Positions 9,317 to 18,340 are shown, numbered from the stretch's first letter. The stretch: DNA of 64,000 nucleotides from Bacteroidales bacterium (GCA_017548125.1 JAFYNK010000079.1:20180-84179); one strand, 5' to 3'. The notes: generated by a model from the sequence alone, not told the origin. Numbers and translations are program-made.

Positions 9317-10510
9317 TCACTTCTTGTTTTTGACAATTATTGCAATAGATAATATCACGAGAATATACGTCATCCAAAGTATTATCGTCTTTGGATAATT
9401 GATTTTATCGAGTCGTTGTTTGACTATCTCTTCACTTTCGTGACGCGTTATTGGATTTAAATACAATGTCGCTCCTCCTTTGAAATTCAACTCGGCTCTC
9501 ACATAATTATCTTCTGGCTGAACGACGTACATCGCCGTCTTTTTATCTTTTTGAACATCGAGTTCTTTGCTGTCTTGTCCGATAAATTTTATCTTCTTTA
9601 TCTGTTTTGACGCTGATATTAATAAGGTGTCGTCTTTAAGTTCAATTTGCGTGATATAAGGAAGGTCTTTTTTCAGACGCTCTATTTTCTGTTCTAAAGT
9701 TTCCTCTTTTTTTACAGGAAAATCCACGCCAATGGCGCTGCCATTCTCCAGAGCGCAGAGCAACTGCTCAGCCTCATTTTCAGGCGCGTTAATCATCGTG
9801 AAACGCGTAGCCACATCCGTCATATCTGAAACATCATGCGAATCGTCGTTGCCAATAAGATAGACGAGATGACCGTTTGAAAGAGCCGTATCCCAATGAG
9901 CCGTAGAAATTCTGAATCCGTTCAACACTTCCATAAGCTTATAATTGCTCAGATATTTCATATCTTCAACGAGATAACCTTTTTTCACAAAAGAAGGATG
10001 TGCCAAAACAACATGGCGAGTTTGTTTAGAAAGACGATTTAAAGTATGCTGCTTCATGCTCAAATTCTGCAATGCGAAATAATCGAGACGACGCACTTTC
10101 TTCGCTCCTATGCAAAGCTGATGTATTTTGAAAACGCCGTATCCGTGTTCGTATGTTGGAATAAAGCTATGATTTACAGAGTCGTAATAATTTATTTTGT
10201 TATAGTCAGAAATCCCGACATGCTGAAAACCAAGAGCCGAATATACGCTATCAAGCATTTCGTTCGTATTCATGCGTCCGTTGGTAACTCCGCCAAACTG
10301 ACGAGTATGGGCATGAAAATTAGATTGAATCCAGTTATCAGGATTCATGTCCTTGTATGGATTATGAAGATAAGTCCCAGAGAAAGGTTTTGGTTCATCG
10401 AATGAATATGAAGGCACGAAAACACTAGTCATCGTAACGACAACAACGAATGTCAACAATAAGAATAATAACGATTTAAGGAATATTTTCACAATACGCT
10501 TCACCTTCAT
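9317..10510 (-). CDS. PHP/CehA-like metal-dependent phosphoesterase-like protein with TM helices at both ends
   Basis: NFHAHT, VLAHPSF and GNDDSHD resemble PHP-fold His/Asp metal ligands. N- and C-terminal hydrophobic helices. Start placed at MKVKRIV (10510); the track ORF starts at 10546. Confidence 0.45.
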   Translation of the reverse strand: MKVKRIVKIFLKSLLFLLLTFVVVVTMTSVFVPSYSFDEPKPFSGTYLHNPYKDMNPDNWIQSNFHAHTRQFGGVTNGRMNTNEMLDSVYSALGFQHVGISDYNKINYYDSVNHSFIPTYEHGYGVFKIHQLCIGAKKVRRLDYFALQNLSMKQHTLNRLSKQTRHVVLAHPSFVKKGYLVEDMKYLSNYKLMEVLNGFRISTAHWDTALSNGHLVYLIGNDDSHDVSDMTDVATRFTMINAPENEAEQLLCALENGSAIGVDFPVKKEETLEQKIERLKKDLPYITQIELKDDTLLISASKQIKKIKFIGQDSKELDVQKDKKTAMYVVQPEDNYVRAELNFKGGATLYLNPITRHESEEIVKQRLDKINYPKTIILWMTYILVILSIAIIVKNKK

Positions 10511-10573
10511 TATGTTAAAATGCAAAGATAAAAAAAAGAGACGCATCTTTCAATGCGACTCTTTAATTTTAAT

Positions 10574-11110
10574 TCATTTTTCTACCGAAAGATCGAACAG
10601 TTTTTCAACTGTTTCATAATCACTGAGATTTTCATTTTGATATTGAGAGAACAAACTTGCGTCAATCAAAACAACTTTAAATGCAATGTTTGTGTTATAG
10701 AATATGCAAGGATTTTCATGTCTTTGAAGATCTGAATTTGTCCAGAAGATTGTCAAAGCGTAATCGTAATATACGGTTTCTAACGTTGCTGAATATTGTT
10801 CTGTTGGATACAATGTAAGAGGAAGCTGATGCCAGCCATAGAAACTTTCACTTGGGCTTTCCATATAAACCAACACCGCGCCGTAGTCAACCATATCGAG
10901 GTCTATTGCATCCCATTCCAAATCGAGATACCAATTACATGAATTTTCATCCCACACCCAATCGTTTGCCGTTGTCTCCACTGTTGCCGATTGAACGTTT
11001 GCGTTTCCGTCATGGCCAGGAGGGCCTGGTTCACCTTTAGGACCTTGGCATGAAGTAACTGCAAATAAAGCCATTACAAAAAATAAGGCGAAAGTTTTCA
11101 ATGTTTTCAT
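10574..11110 (-). CDS. hypothetical lipoprotein with a short collagen-like G-X-Y stretch
   Basis: 178 aa with a lipoprotein signal ending AVTSC, followed by GPKGEPGPPGHDG. Confidence 0.6.
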   Translation of the reverse strand: MKTLKTFALFFVMALFAVTSCQGPKGEPGPPGHDGNANVQSATVETTANDWVWDENSCNWYLDLEWDAIDLDMVDYGAVLVYMESPSESFYGWHQLPLTLYPTEQYSATLETVYYDYALTIFWTNSDLQRHENPCIFYNTNIAFKVVLIDASLFSQYQNENLSDYETVEKLFDLSVEK

Positions 11111-11177
11111 AGTATGATGTTTTTATTTGTTATTAAAAATTTAACGACTTATTTTGTTCAAATATTATACCAAAAAA

Positions 11178-11210
11178 GACTATAAGTCAACAAGACTACA
11201 AGACAACAAG
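11178..11210. repeat. degenerate tandem octamer array (gactataa gtcaacaa gactacaa gacaacaa g)
   Basis: Same unit, length and A-run/T-run flanks as the array at 5187..5219. Lies upstream of the minus-strand lipoprotein gene. Confidence 0.75.
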
Positions 11211-11237
11211 TTTTTTTTGAAGGTTGAAATGATTTAA

Positions 11238-11286
11238 AGGGTTGAAAGGGTTAACACCTCCAATCCCTCTCAATCCTCAATTTTTT
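11238..11286 (+). terminator. orphan terminator-like hairpin plus T-run in a divergent intergenic region
   Basis: agggttgaaaggg (11238..11250) pairs with ccctctcaatcct (11265..11277), 13 positions with one mismatch and one G-U. T6 at 11281..11286. No plus-strand gene lies upstream. Confidence 0.3.
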
Positions 11287-11330
11287 ATTTTTTAAGATTC
11301 TAAGATTTAAAAAAGTCTTATTTTTGCAAC

Positions 11331-12218
11331 ATGAAAGACAAGAAGTTCATAGTGCATATCAGTGGCGTTGTCGCCATGGTTTTCTGGGGATTATCATTTA
11401 TATGGTCAACACAGGTTTTCAAATATCTGAATCCCACAACCACAATTTTCTTCCGACTTATAATATCAAGCATTTTCTTGGGAAGTCTTTTAACGATATT
11501 CAGATTATACGAAAAAGTCAACAGAAAAGATATGAAGCTATTTGCTCTTGCTGCGCTCTTCGAGCCGTTTTTATATTTCATCTTTGAGAGTTACGGATTA
11601 TTAAACTCCGCCCCTGTCGTGAGTTCCGCCATTATAGCAACAATACCTCTCTTCACCCCTATCGCTGCATTTTTCTTTCTTAAAGAACGACTTACGCCAT
11701 GGAACATAGTCGGTTTCATCATCTCATTCTTCGGAGTGATTTTCATGTTATTCAATAAAAATTTAGAACTGACCATTTCTCCGAAAGGCATCATTTTCTT
11801 GTTCAGTGCCGTATTTGTTGCTGTCGCCTATTCTATTTCTTTAAGAAAATTAACATTGTTATATAAACCATTAACAATCACATTTGTACAAAACGTCATC
11901 GGCATGATATATTTCCTTCCGATGGTTTTCATAATGGAGAAAGTCACGCCTTCAAACATAATGGGATTCAGTCATTACATACTTCCATTATTATCGTTAG
12001 GTATTTTCGCCAGTTCCGTCGCTTATACATTATGGGCATTCGCTTTCAGCAAGTTAGGCGCGGCAAAAGCGAATATTTACAGCAATTTGATTCCTGTATT
12101 CACAGCCATTTTCAGTTGTATCATCATAGGTGAGAATTTGACTCTTCAAAAGATATTAGGAATTCTATTAGTCATTGGCGGACTTATTTTATCACAATTA
12201 AAATTCAAGAAATCATGA
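11331..12218 (+). CDS. EamA/DMT-family transporter
   Basis: 295 aa, ten hydrophobic segments in two halves, VFWGLSFIW-type N-terminus typical of EamA domains. Confidence 0.85.
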   Translation: MKDKKFIVHISGVVAMVFWGLSFIWSTQVFKYLNPTTTIFFRLIISSIFLGSLLTIFRLYEKVNRKDMKLFALAALFEPFLYFIFESYGLLNSAPVVSSAIIATIPLFTPIAAFFFLKERLTPWNIVGFIISFFGVIFMLFNKNLELTISPKGIIFLFSAVFVAVAYSISLRKLTLLYKPLTITFVQNVIGMIYFLPMVFIMEKVTPSNIMGFSHYILPLLSLGIFASSVAYTLWAFAFSKLGAAKANIYSNLIPVFTAIFSCIIIGENLTLQKILGILLVIGGLILSQLKFKKS

Positions 12219-12982
12219 TTACAAGCAAATCAAATCCAAAGATAAAGAACGTCGTTAAGTTACAGAAGTCGTCAGAGCGTCGTGAACAGAACAGGATCAT
12301 CATCGAAGGCAGACGCGAGATTGAAAGAGCCGTTGCTTGCGGTTTCATCGTTGACACCTTATTTATATGTAACGACATTTTGAAAGAATCCGTCAATATA
12401 GCTGCGAATTACACTGAAGAGGTGACTCTTGAAGTCTTTGAAAAGATTGCTTATCGTGAAGGCAGCGACGGACTTTTAGCTGTCGCCATTCCAAAATACG
12501 CCGACTTAAAAAGTTTCAAGCCTAAGAAAAATCCATTGATAATCGTCTTAGAGACAGTTGAGAAACCAGGCAACTTAGGAGCCATCATGCGTACCGCCGA
12601 CGCTGCCGGTGTTGACGCCGTAATCATCGCAGACCCAAGAACCGACTTATACAACCCTAACGCAATACGCGCAAGTATTGGAACTATCTTCAGCGTTCCA
12701 TTGTTTGCCTGCTCATCAGAAGAGTGCATCAACTGGTTGAGAGAAAACGAGATAAAGATATATTGCACATATTTAAAAGCTTCTATCGACTATCTGGAAG
12801 CCGATTTCAGACAAGGTTCTGCCATAGTCATGGGAACGGAAGCCACCGGCATTTCTGACATCTGGGTCGATGCTGCCGATCAAAATTTGATCATACCTAT
12901 GAACGGCATTGCCGACTCGTTAAACGTCTCTGTAACAACCGCCATAGTAGTTTTCGAAGCGATACGACAAAGAAGAGTTTAA
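12215..12982 (+). CDS. TrmH/SpoU-family RNA 2'-O-methyltransferase
   Basis: 255 aa with SpoU motifs LETVEKPGNLGAIMRTADAAG, VMGTEATGIS, IPMNGIADSLNVSV. ATGA overlap with the upstream gene. Confidence 0.85.
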   Translation: MITSKSNPKIKNVVKLQKSSERREQNRIIIEGRREIERAVACGFIVDTLFICNDILKESVNIAANYTEEVTLEVFEKIAYREGSDGLLAVAIPKYADLKSFKPKKNPLIIVLETVEKPGNLGAIMRTADAAGVDAVIIADPRTDLYNPNAIRASIGTIFSVPLFACSSEECINWLRENEIKIYCTYLKASIDYLEADFRQGSAIVMGTEATGISDIWVDAADQNLIIPMNGIADSLNVSVTTAIVVFEAIRQRRV

Positions 12983-13036
12983 GACGTATTTTAGCAGCTT
13001 TAATATATTTTTTACTCTTTGTGTCCAATTTATTTA

Positions 13037-13044
13037 TATATTTG
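13037..13044 (+). promoter_or_regulatory. -7 box TAtaTTTG upstream of the DAK2-DegV gene
   Basis: Exact TAnnTTTG, 28 nt before the GTG start at 13072. Confidence 0.45.
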
Positions 13045-13071
13045 CAAAATTGAGCAGAAAAATTATTTATC

Positions 13072-14856
13072 GTGGATAAGATATCTGAAATAAACGGAGT
13101 GCAGTTATATAATAGTTTCATTGCCGGTGCGCAGAAAATATTTGAAAATCAGACACTCCTCAACAATATAAACTTCTACCCAGTTCCAGACGCTGACACT
13201 GGAACCAATTTGGCTTCTACTATGCACAGCATAGTCAACACTGTAAGGCCACAGGAAAACATCAAAGAAACAGCATTGGCATTAGCCGACGCAGCCTTGA
13301 TGGGAGCGAGAGGAAACTCAGGCATCATCTTCGCTCAGTTCTTATATGGATTCAGCAAAGACATCAAAGACAGTCCGACAATGACGATACCAGAATTTGC
13401 CGAATGTGTACGCAGCGGTTCAGAATGCGCGTACTACGCATTGGCAAATCCTAAGGAAGGAACCATGATTTCCGTCATAAAAGACTGGGCAAACAACGTT
13501 TACGAAAGCAAAGACAACACCGACGATTTCACTACATTATTGCTTGGAGCATTGACGGTAGCCATGGAGTCGTTAAGACAGACCGGCAAGTTCATCGCTG
13601 CAAAAGCAAAGACTATCGTTGACGCTGGCGCCAAAGGATTTGCAGTTTTCTTGGAAGGCATGTGCGAGTACTTCAACAGCGGCGAGAAGCCTGTACAGAT
13701 AGCAGAAGCCGAGATAGTTGATTCAGAATGGCTTGGCGGCATAAACCATGAGGTGATAACATTCCGTTATTGCACAGAAGCGCTCCTCATCGGAGAAGAC
13801 CTCAACAGAGAAAAAATATCATCCCTCATCGACACAATGGGCGACTGCCTCGTGATTGCAGGCTCTCCTAAGAAAATGCGTCTCCACATACACACCGACG
13901 AACCTTGGATCGTACTCGAAAAAGTTCAGACAGTGGGAAGAGTCATCTATCAAAAAGTAGAAGATATGGTGATGCAAAACGACCTTGTATCAAACAAGAA
14001 AAGCAGCATCGGCGTCTTGTCAGACAGCGCATGCGACATCCCTAAAGAGCTATTAGAGAAATACCAGATACAGACTGTTCCTTTAACAGTAAGCTTCGGC
14101 GACGAGTTCTACCTCGACCAGCTTACAATAAAACCTAAACAGTTCCTCGACAAGTTAGAGAAATCTACAGAAATCCCTAAGTCGTCACAACCAAGTTTGA
14201 TGGACTTCACAAACAGATACAACTACTTGTCAACACATTACGACTCAATCATAAGCGTACACCTCAACGGCAAGTTCAGCGGAATGATCAACAGCAGTCG
14301 TAGAGCAGCAGCTGCCGTAAGCAACACTTCAGGCAAGAAAATCGACGTCATCGACAGTCATGGAGCCACAGGCAGTCTAGGTTTGACAGTCCTCAGAACA
14401 GCAGAAGCAGCCATCAATGGAATGAGTCACGATGAATTGGTGACAAAAGCACAGGAATGGGCAGATAAAACCAAGTTGTTCATCTCTTGCGTCAACACAG
14501 AATATCTTATCAACAGCGGCCGTATCAGCACATTCAAAGCAATGGCGCTTAAACTTTTCAGAATCAAGCCTATCCTTTCTTTAAACAATGAAAACGAAAT
14601 GAAACTCAGCAAGATTTCATTTACAAGTAAAGATAGTTTCAAGAAGATTCTCAAGCTGATGAGAGAAAACTACGAACACAAGAAGATGTGGAACTATTGC
14701 ATCACACACGTCGATAACTTGGAAGCAGCTGAATTTCTCAGCAAGGAAATAGAAAAGATATCAGGAAGAAAACCTTTATATATCGAAGACGCCTGTCCAA
14801 TGCTTGCAGGAAAAGTAGGACCTAAGGCTGTAGCTGTCGCGATTATGGAGGAGTAA
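13072..14856 (+). CDS. DAK2 (DhaL-like) domain fused to a DegV fatty-acid-binding domain
   Basis: 594 aa with a GTG start. N-half: LNNINFYPVPDADTGTNL, GARGNSGIIF (DhaL/FakA-N-like). C-half: IGVLSDSACDIP...TVPLTVSFGDEFY...SSQPS (canonical DegV). Confidence 0.85.
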   Translation: MDKISEINGVQLYNSFIAGAQKIFENQTLLNNINFYPVPDADTGTNLASTMHSIVNTVRPQENIKETALALADAALMGARGNSGIIFAQFLYGFSKDIKDSPTMTIPEFAECVRSGSECAYYALANPKEGTMISVIKDWANNVYESKDNTDDFTTLLLGALTVAMESLRQTGKFIAAKAKTIVDAGAKGFAVFLEGMCEYFNSGEKPVQIAEAEIVDSEWLGGINHEVITFRYCTEALLIGEDLNREKISSLIDTMGDCLVIAGSPKKMRLHIHTDEPWIVLEKVQTVGRVIYQKVEDMVMQNDLVSNKKSSIGVLSDSACDIPKELLEKYQIQTVPLTVSFGDEFYLDQLTIKPKQFLDKLEKSTEIPKSSQPSLMDFTNRYNYLSTHYDSIISVHLNGKFSGMINSSRRAAAAVSNTSGKKIDVIDSHGATGSLGLTVLRTAEAAINGMSHDELVTKAQEWADKTKLFISCVNTEYLINSGRISTFKAMALKLFRIKPILSLNNENEMKLSKISFTSKDSFKKILKLMRENYEHKKMWNYCITHVDNLEAAEFLSKEIEKISGRKPLYIEDACPMLAGKVGPKAVAVAIMEE

Positions 14857-14919
14857 ATGTAGAAATTCAGGAAAATAAGGTTATGTTGCCAAAAATAGTT
14901 GGTAATTGAGCGAAAAAAA

Positions 14920-14965
14920 GACAGGTAACGGGCATCCAAAACAACCCAAGTTACCTGTCTTTTTT
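14920..14965 (+). terminator. rho-independent terminator after the DAK2-DegV gene
   Basis: gacaggtaac (14920..14929) pairs with gttacctgtc (14950..14959), followed by T6. Confidence 0.7.
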
Positions 14966-14996
14966 ATTCCTATTTTAAAATTCACAACAAAAATAA

Positions 14997-15100
14997 GTCC
15001 CGTTAGGGACGATAGTTTCTAGGCATTTGTAAACTTATTTTGCAGGGATTCCGCACTACGTGCTTCATCACCTGCCTAGAAACTGCCGCTCCTTCGGAGC
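14997..15100. ncRNA. candidate structured intergenic element (unknown class)
   Basis: Hairpin gtccc-gtta-gggac (14997..15010). Perfect 12-bp long-range pairing of agtttctaggca (15014..15025) with tgcctagaaact (15073..15084). Hairpin gctcc-ttc-ggagc (15088..15100). Lies between two convergent terminators. No known RNA family recognised. Confidence 0.2.
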
Positions 15101-15125
15101 TGATTTGAGTTTACTTTTTTGACAT

Positions 15126-15165
15126 AAAAAAAATAACTTTGATAAAAACGTTTTCATCAAAGTTA
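15126..15165 (-). terminator. rho-independent terminator after the acyl-ACP thioesterase gene
   Basis: 10-bp stem taactttgat/atcaaagtta (15134..15143 / 15156..15165). The A8 at 15126..15133 gives a U8 tail on the minus strand. Confidence 0.75.
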
Positions 15166-15248
15166 CTATATTCAATTGATAAACATTGTTTTATAATGAT
15201 TTTACCAACTATTTTTGTCTATTATACCAAAACATTCCTAACTCCCAA

Positions 15249-15980
15249 TTATTTAAAGAACGCCATCAGAACGACTTTGCCGTCTTCTTTTTTGATGGAG
15301 AAATAATAACCGTCTTCTTTTTCTTTTCTGTAAATGGACAATGTCTCGCCTTCGAAGCTTTCGTTAAGATACGACACTTCAACATCTTCCCATTGTTTTG
15401 CCTCTAGTTCTTTGACTGAGAAAGTGTCGAGGAGCATTGTGATATAAGTGACGTTGTTTGTATGATGAGTGACATCGATGTCGCCAGAGCGGACGAGTCT
15501 TTTATAAATAAAGTCCTCTTCAGTGAAGTCGTCTTTGAATCTTCTGAACTTCTCCTCTATCGACTTTTCTTGAATCCAGTCAACGTCGTTAGGATAAGAT
15601 GTCGTTTCTACTTTTCTTAAAGTACGCGATGTTGCGTCGATGATAACCCATTCTGTGATAGCGTTTATCAGCACTTCATCGTCTTTCTTAATTTGGTAAC
15701 AACGATTGCAACGCACGCCTTCTGCGCCCATCGGCCAAGTTCTTACTGTAACAACATCATCCCAAATAGGAAGTTTGTTGATTTTCATTTTGGTTTTTGA
15801 TATAACCCAAAGAGCATTGTCTTTTTCCAAAATCGAACGGTCATCGACACCCAAGAACACCGCGTGAGTACCAGCTACATCTTGAAATGTCATAAAAGCA
15901 GATTCCGTTCTGAAGCGCATGAGAGTATCACACTGGCCTGATAAAATGGTGGTATTTAATACTAGTTCGTTTCTTTTCAT
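15249..15980 (-). CDS. acyl-ACP thioesterase family protein
   Basis: 243 aa, double hot-dog layout. The N-terminal region resembles bacterial FatA/B-like acyl-ACP thioesterases (AGTHAVFLGVD, WVISKTKMKI). Confidence 0.75.
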   Translation of the reverse strand: MKRNELVLNTTILSGQCDTLMRFRTESAFMTFQDVAGTHAVFLGVDDRSILEKDNALWVISKTKMKINKLPIWDDVVTVRTWPMGAEGVRCNRCYQIKKDDEVLINAITEWVIIDATSRTLRKVETTSYPNDVDWIQEKSIEEKFRRFKDDFTEEDFIYKRLVRSGDIDVTHHTNNVTYITMLLDTFSVKELEAKQWEDVEVSYLNESFEGETLSIYRKEKEDGYYFSIKKEDGKVVLMAFFK

Positions 15981-16085
15981 AATATATATTTTGAATTATG
16001 GAGTAATGAAGTAATGGAGTTACTGCATCACTGCAAAGATAGCCATAAAATTGCGTCAATAATGTTTATGGGACAATTTATTTTT

Positions 16086-16093
16086 TACTTTTG
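16086..16093 (+). promoter_or_regulatory. -7 box TActTTTG upstream of the lipid kinase gene
   Basis: Exact TAnnTTTG, 17 nt before the ATG at 16110. It lies inside the longer track ORF, which argues for the shorter start. Confidence 0.5.
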
Positions 16094-16109
16094 CAAAAAC
16101 ATTTTTCTG

Positions 16110-17012
16110 ATGAAGCATATTTTTATAGTCAACACAACAGCTGGTAAAGATTCATGTCTCGACATGGTGAAAGAAGGTATAGCTGAATGCAAGGAAGTGA
16201 TTGATTATGAAATACACACGCCCAACTCTCCCAACGACTCCATCAATTTCATCAAGACGTATTTAGAAAATCATCCAGAAGAAAAGGTACGATTTTATGC
16301 TTGCGGCGGCGACGGCACTGTCAATAAGGTCGCTTCGGGAATAGTAGGATTTCCCAATGCCAGCATGACTGTACTGCCTTTTGGTAGCGGCAACGACTAC
16401 GTTAAATACTTCGGCGCTGATAAATTCAAAAATGTATGCGATGTCATTCATGGCAAAGAGAAGGAAGTCGATATTATGAGAGTCAACGACAGATATGCTT
16501 TAAACTCAACGCATTTCGGATTGGACAGCGTCGTTGCCAAGGCGATGAACAAGTTGAGAAGAAATATTTTATTCGGCAAGAAGAGAGCCTATCCTTTTGC
16601 TGTCGTCTGGGGATTCCTTTTTGGAATGCGCACCCAATGCACGGTCTATGCCGACGGCGAGCGTCTCAATAACGGCGACATTTTATTATGTACTGTAAGT
16701 AATGGAAAATACGTCGGCGGATCATATTTCAACGCGCCTAACTCGCTCAACGACGACGGCTTATTGGAAGTATGCTTGGTAAAACCAGTTCCGAGATTAA
16801 GGTTTGTCGGACTGATAAAATATTATGTCAGCGGCACGCATTTAAACAACCCCAAGTTTGAAAATATAGTTGTTTATAGACAAGTGAGAAAAGTCATCAT
16901 TGAAGGACCTAAGGGATTTTGCGTCTCGATAGACGGAGAGATTTACGAGAGCCAACATATTGAAGTCGAGAATCTGGAAAGAAAGATACGGTTTGCTGTG
17001 CCTAGGAAGTGA
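16110..17012 (+). CDS. YegS/BmrU/DgkB-type diacylglycerol/lipid kinase
   Basis: MKHIFIVNTTAGK..., ACGGDGTVN and LPFGSGNDY are hallmarks of the DAGK catalytic domain. Confidence 0.85.
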   Translation: MKHIFIVNTTAGKDSCLDMVKEGIAECKEVIDYEIHTPNSPNDSINFIKTYLENHPEEKVRFYACGGDGTVNKVASGIVGFPNASMTVLPFGSGNDYVKYFGADKFKNVCDVIHGKEKEVDIMRVNDRYALNSTHFGLDSVVAKAMNKLRRNILFGKKRAYPFAVVWGFLFGMRTQCTVYADGERLNNGDILLCTVSNGKYVGGSYFNAPNSLNDDGLLEVCLVKPVPRLRFVGLIKYYVSGTHLNNPKFENIVVYRQVRKVIIEGPKGFCVSIDGEIYESQHIEVENLERKIRFAVPRK

Positions 17013-17022
17013 GACTTAATTT

Positions 17023-18078
17023 TTATTCTGCAAGATTCTCTTCGATTTCCTGAATTGTTGGCAATGAAGATTTGAAATTATCAGGAATAAATTTACTCAA
17101 TTCATATTCTGAAATTCCTATCGGAGAATTTGATGATTCAAGAGCATATTGAGCGATAATATTATTTTTTGTCTTGCAAATCAACAAACCGATTGTTGGA
17201 GTATCACACTCTTTTTTCATCACATGATTTATTGCACTGACATAAAAATTCAATTGTCCAAGAAACGATGGATCAAAATCTTTGGTTTTCAATTCAACCA
17301 CGATAAAGCAACGGAGTTCAAGATGATAAAACAACAAATCTGGAAAGAAAGTCTTGCCACCGACTTCAAGTGGAATCTGTTTGCCGACATAAGCGAATCC
17401 TCTTCCCAATTCCACAAGAAAACTTGTAATATTATGTATCAAAGCATCTTCAAGCTCTTTTTCACAATAATCCCGAGTCATTGTCAGAAAATCAAAGTTA
17501 TAAGGATCTTTCAAAATCTGATTAGCCAAATCACTTTGTGTATCAGGCAACGCCTTTGAGAAATTACTAATCGCATTGTTTTTTCTTTTGTACAGTTCTG
17601 AATCAATATTATGCTCCAAAATAGACCTACTCCAGCCATTCTCTATCGTTTGATTAACATAAAAAAACGCTTCTTTAATCGTTTTACATTTAGAAATAAT
17701 ATAAATATGGTGTGACCAAGGAATATTAAAAATTGGCAATTCAATTTCGTCAACAAGTTGTTGACGAATTATATCACTTTGATTATAAAACATATAAAAG
17801 CGTTTTATATATTTCAGGTTAGTCACAGAGAAGCCTGTCATCTCAGGAAATTCAGTCTTAAGATCACGACTTAATTTATCAAAGAAACCTGCACCCCATT
17901 TAGCGACCAAAGATTTTTCATTAATATCCTTCCCCATCTGCCAATAAAGTTTAAGCAATTCTGTATTAACTTTAATAGCAGCCTTAATCTGACATCGTCT
18001 AATCTTTTGTTTTAATTCAATAATCCAAGACTTATATTCCTCGGAATGACTAAAAATAGGCATTGTTTTATTTTTCAT
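17023..18078 (-). CDS. PDDEXK nuclease-fold protein, DUF1016/YhcG family
   Basis: 351 aa. The C-terminal core FFPDLLFYHLELRCFIVVELKTKDF (D...ExK) and the N-terminal helical region are typical of YhcG. Confidence 0.85.
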   Translation of the reverse strand: MKNKTMPIFSHSEEYKSWIIELKQKIRRCQIKAAIKVNTELLKLYWQMGKDINEKSLVAKWGAGFFDKLSRDLKTEFPEMTGFSVTNLKYIKRFYMFYNQSDIIRQQLVDEIELPIFNIPWSHHIYIISKCKTIKEAFFYVNQTIENGWSRSILEHNIDSELYKRKNNAISNFSKALPDTQSDLANQILKDPYNFDFLTMTRDYCEKELEDALIHNITSFLVELGRGFAYVGKQIPLEVGGKTFFPDLLFYHLELRCFIVVELKTKDFDPSFLGQLNFYVSAINHVMKKECDTPTIGLLICKTKNNIIAQYALESSNSPIGISEYELSKFIPDNFKSSLPTIQEIEENLAE

Positions 18079-18340
18079 AAATCTTAATTTTGGGTTAGTA
18101 TTTTTTGCTTAAAGGCATAAACTTTTGACTTTGAGCAGTGCAAAGTTATACAAACAAAATCAGATCATCCTATCTTCTTGTGAAGAAAAGCGAAGTAAAA
18201 ATTCATTTTTTGATTTTTACCGAAAATATAGAATGTTTTAGTTAATAATTATTTAGGATTGATTTTTATTTTCTCTTTTTTATCACAATTTTAGAAGAAA
18301 TAAAATATTTCAAATAGTGAACTATTATTAAAATATTTTT

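Noticed and set aside
11006-11044. Collagen-like G-X-Y run (GPKGEPGPPGHDG) in the 178-aa lipoprotein
   Set aside because: It has only about four triplets, too short to claim a collagen triple helix. More likely it is a flexible linker after the lipobox. Kept as a descriptive note only.
11318-11587. Mirror-image 87-aa ORFs on both strands at the start of the EamA gene
   Set aside because: They overlap the EamA frame, which has clear transporter topology. Neither has any motif.
15088-15100. Apparent UUCG tetraloop hairpin in the intergenic element
   Set aside because: On recounting, the stem is 5 bp with a 3-nt ttc loop, not a C(UUCG)G tetraloop. It is not used as evidence for a stable RNA.
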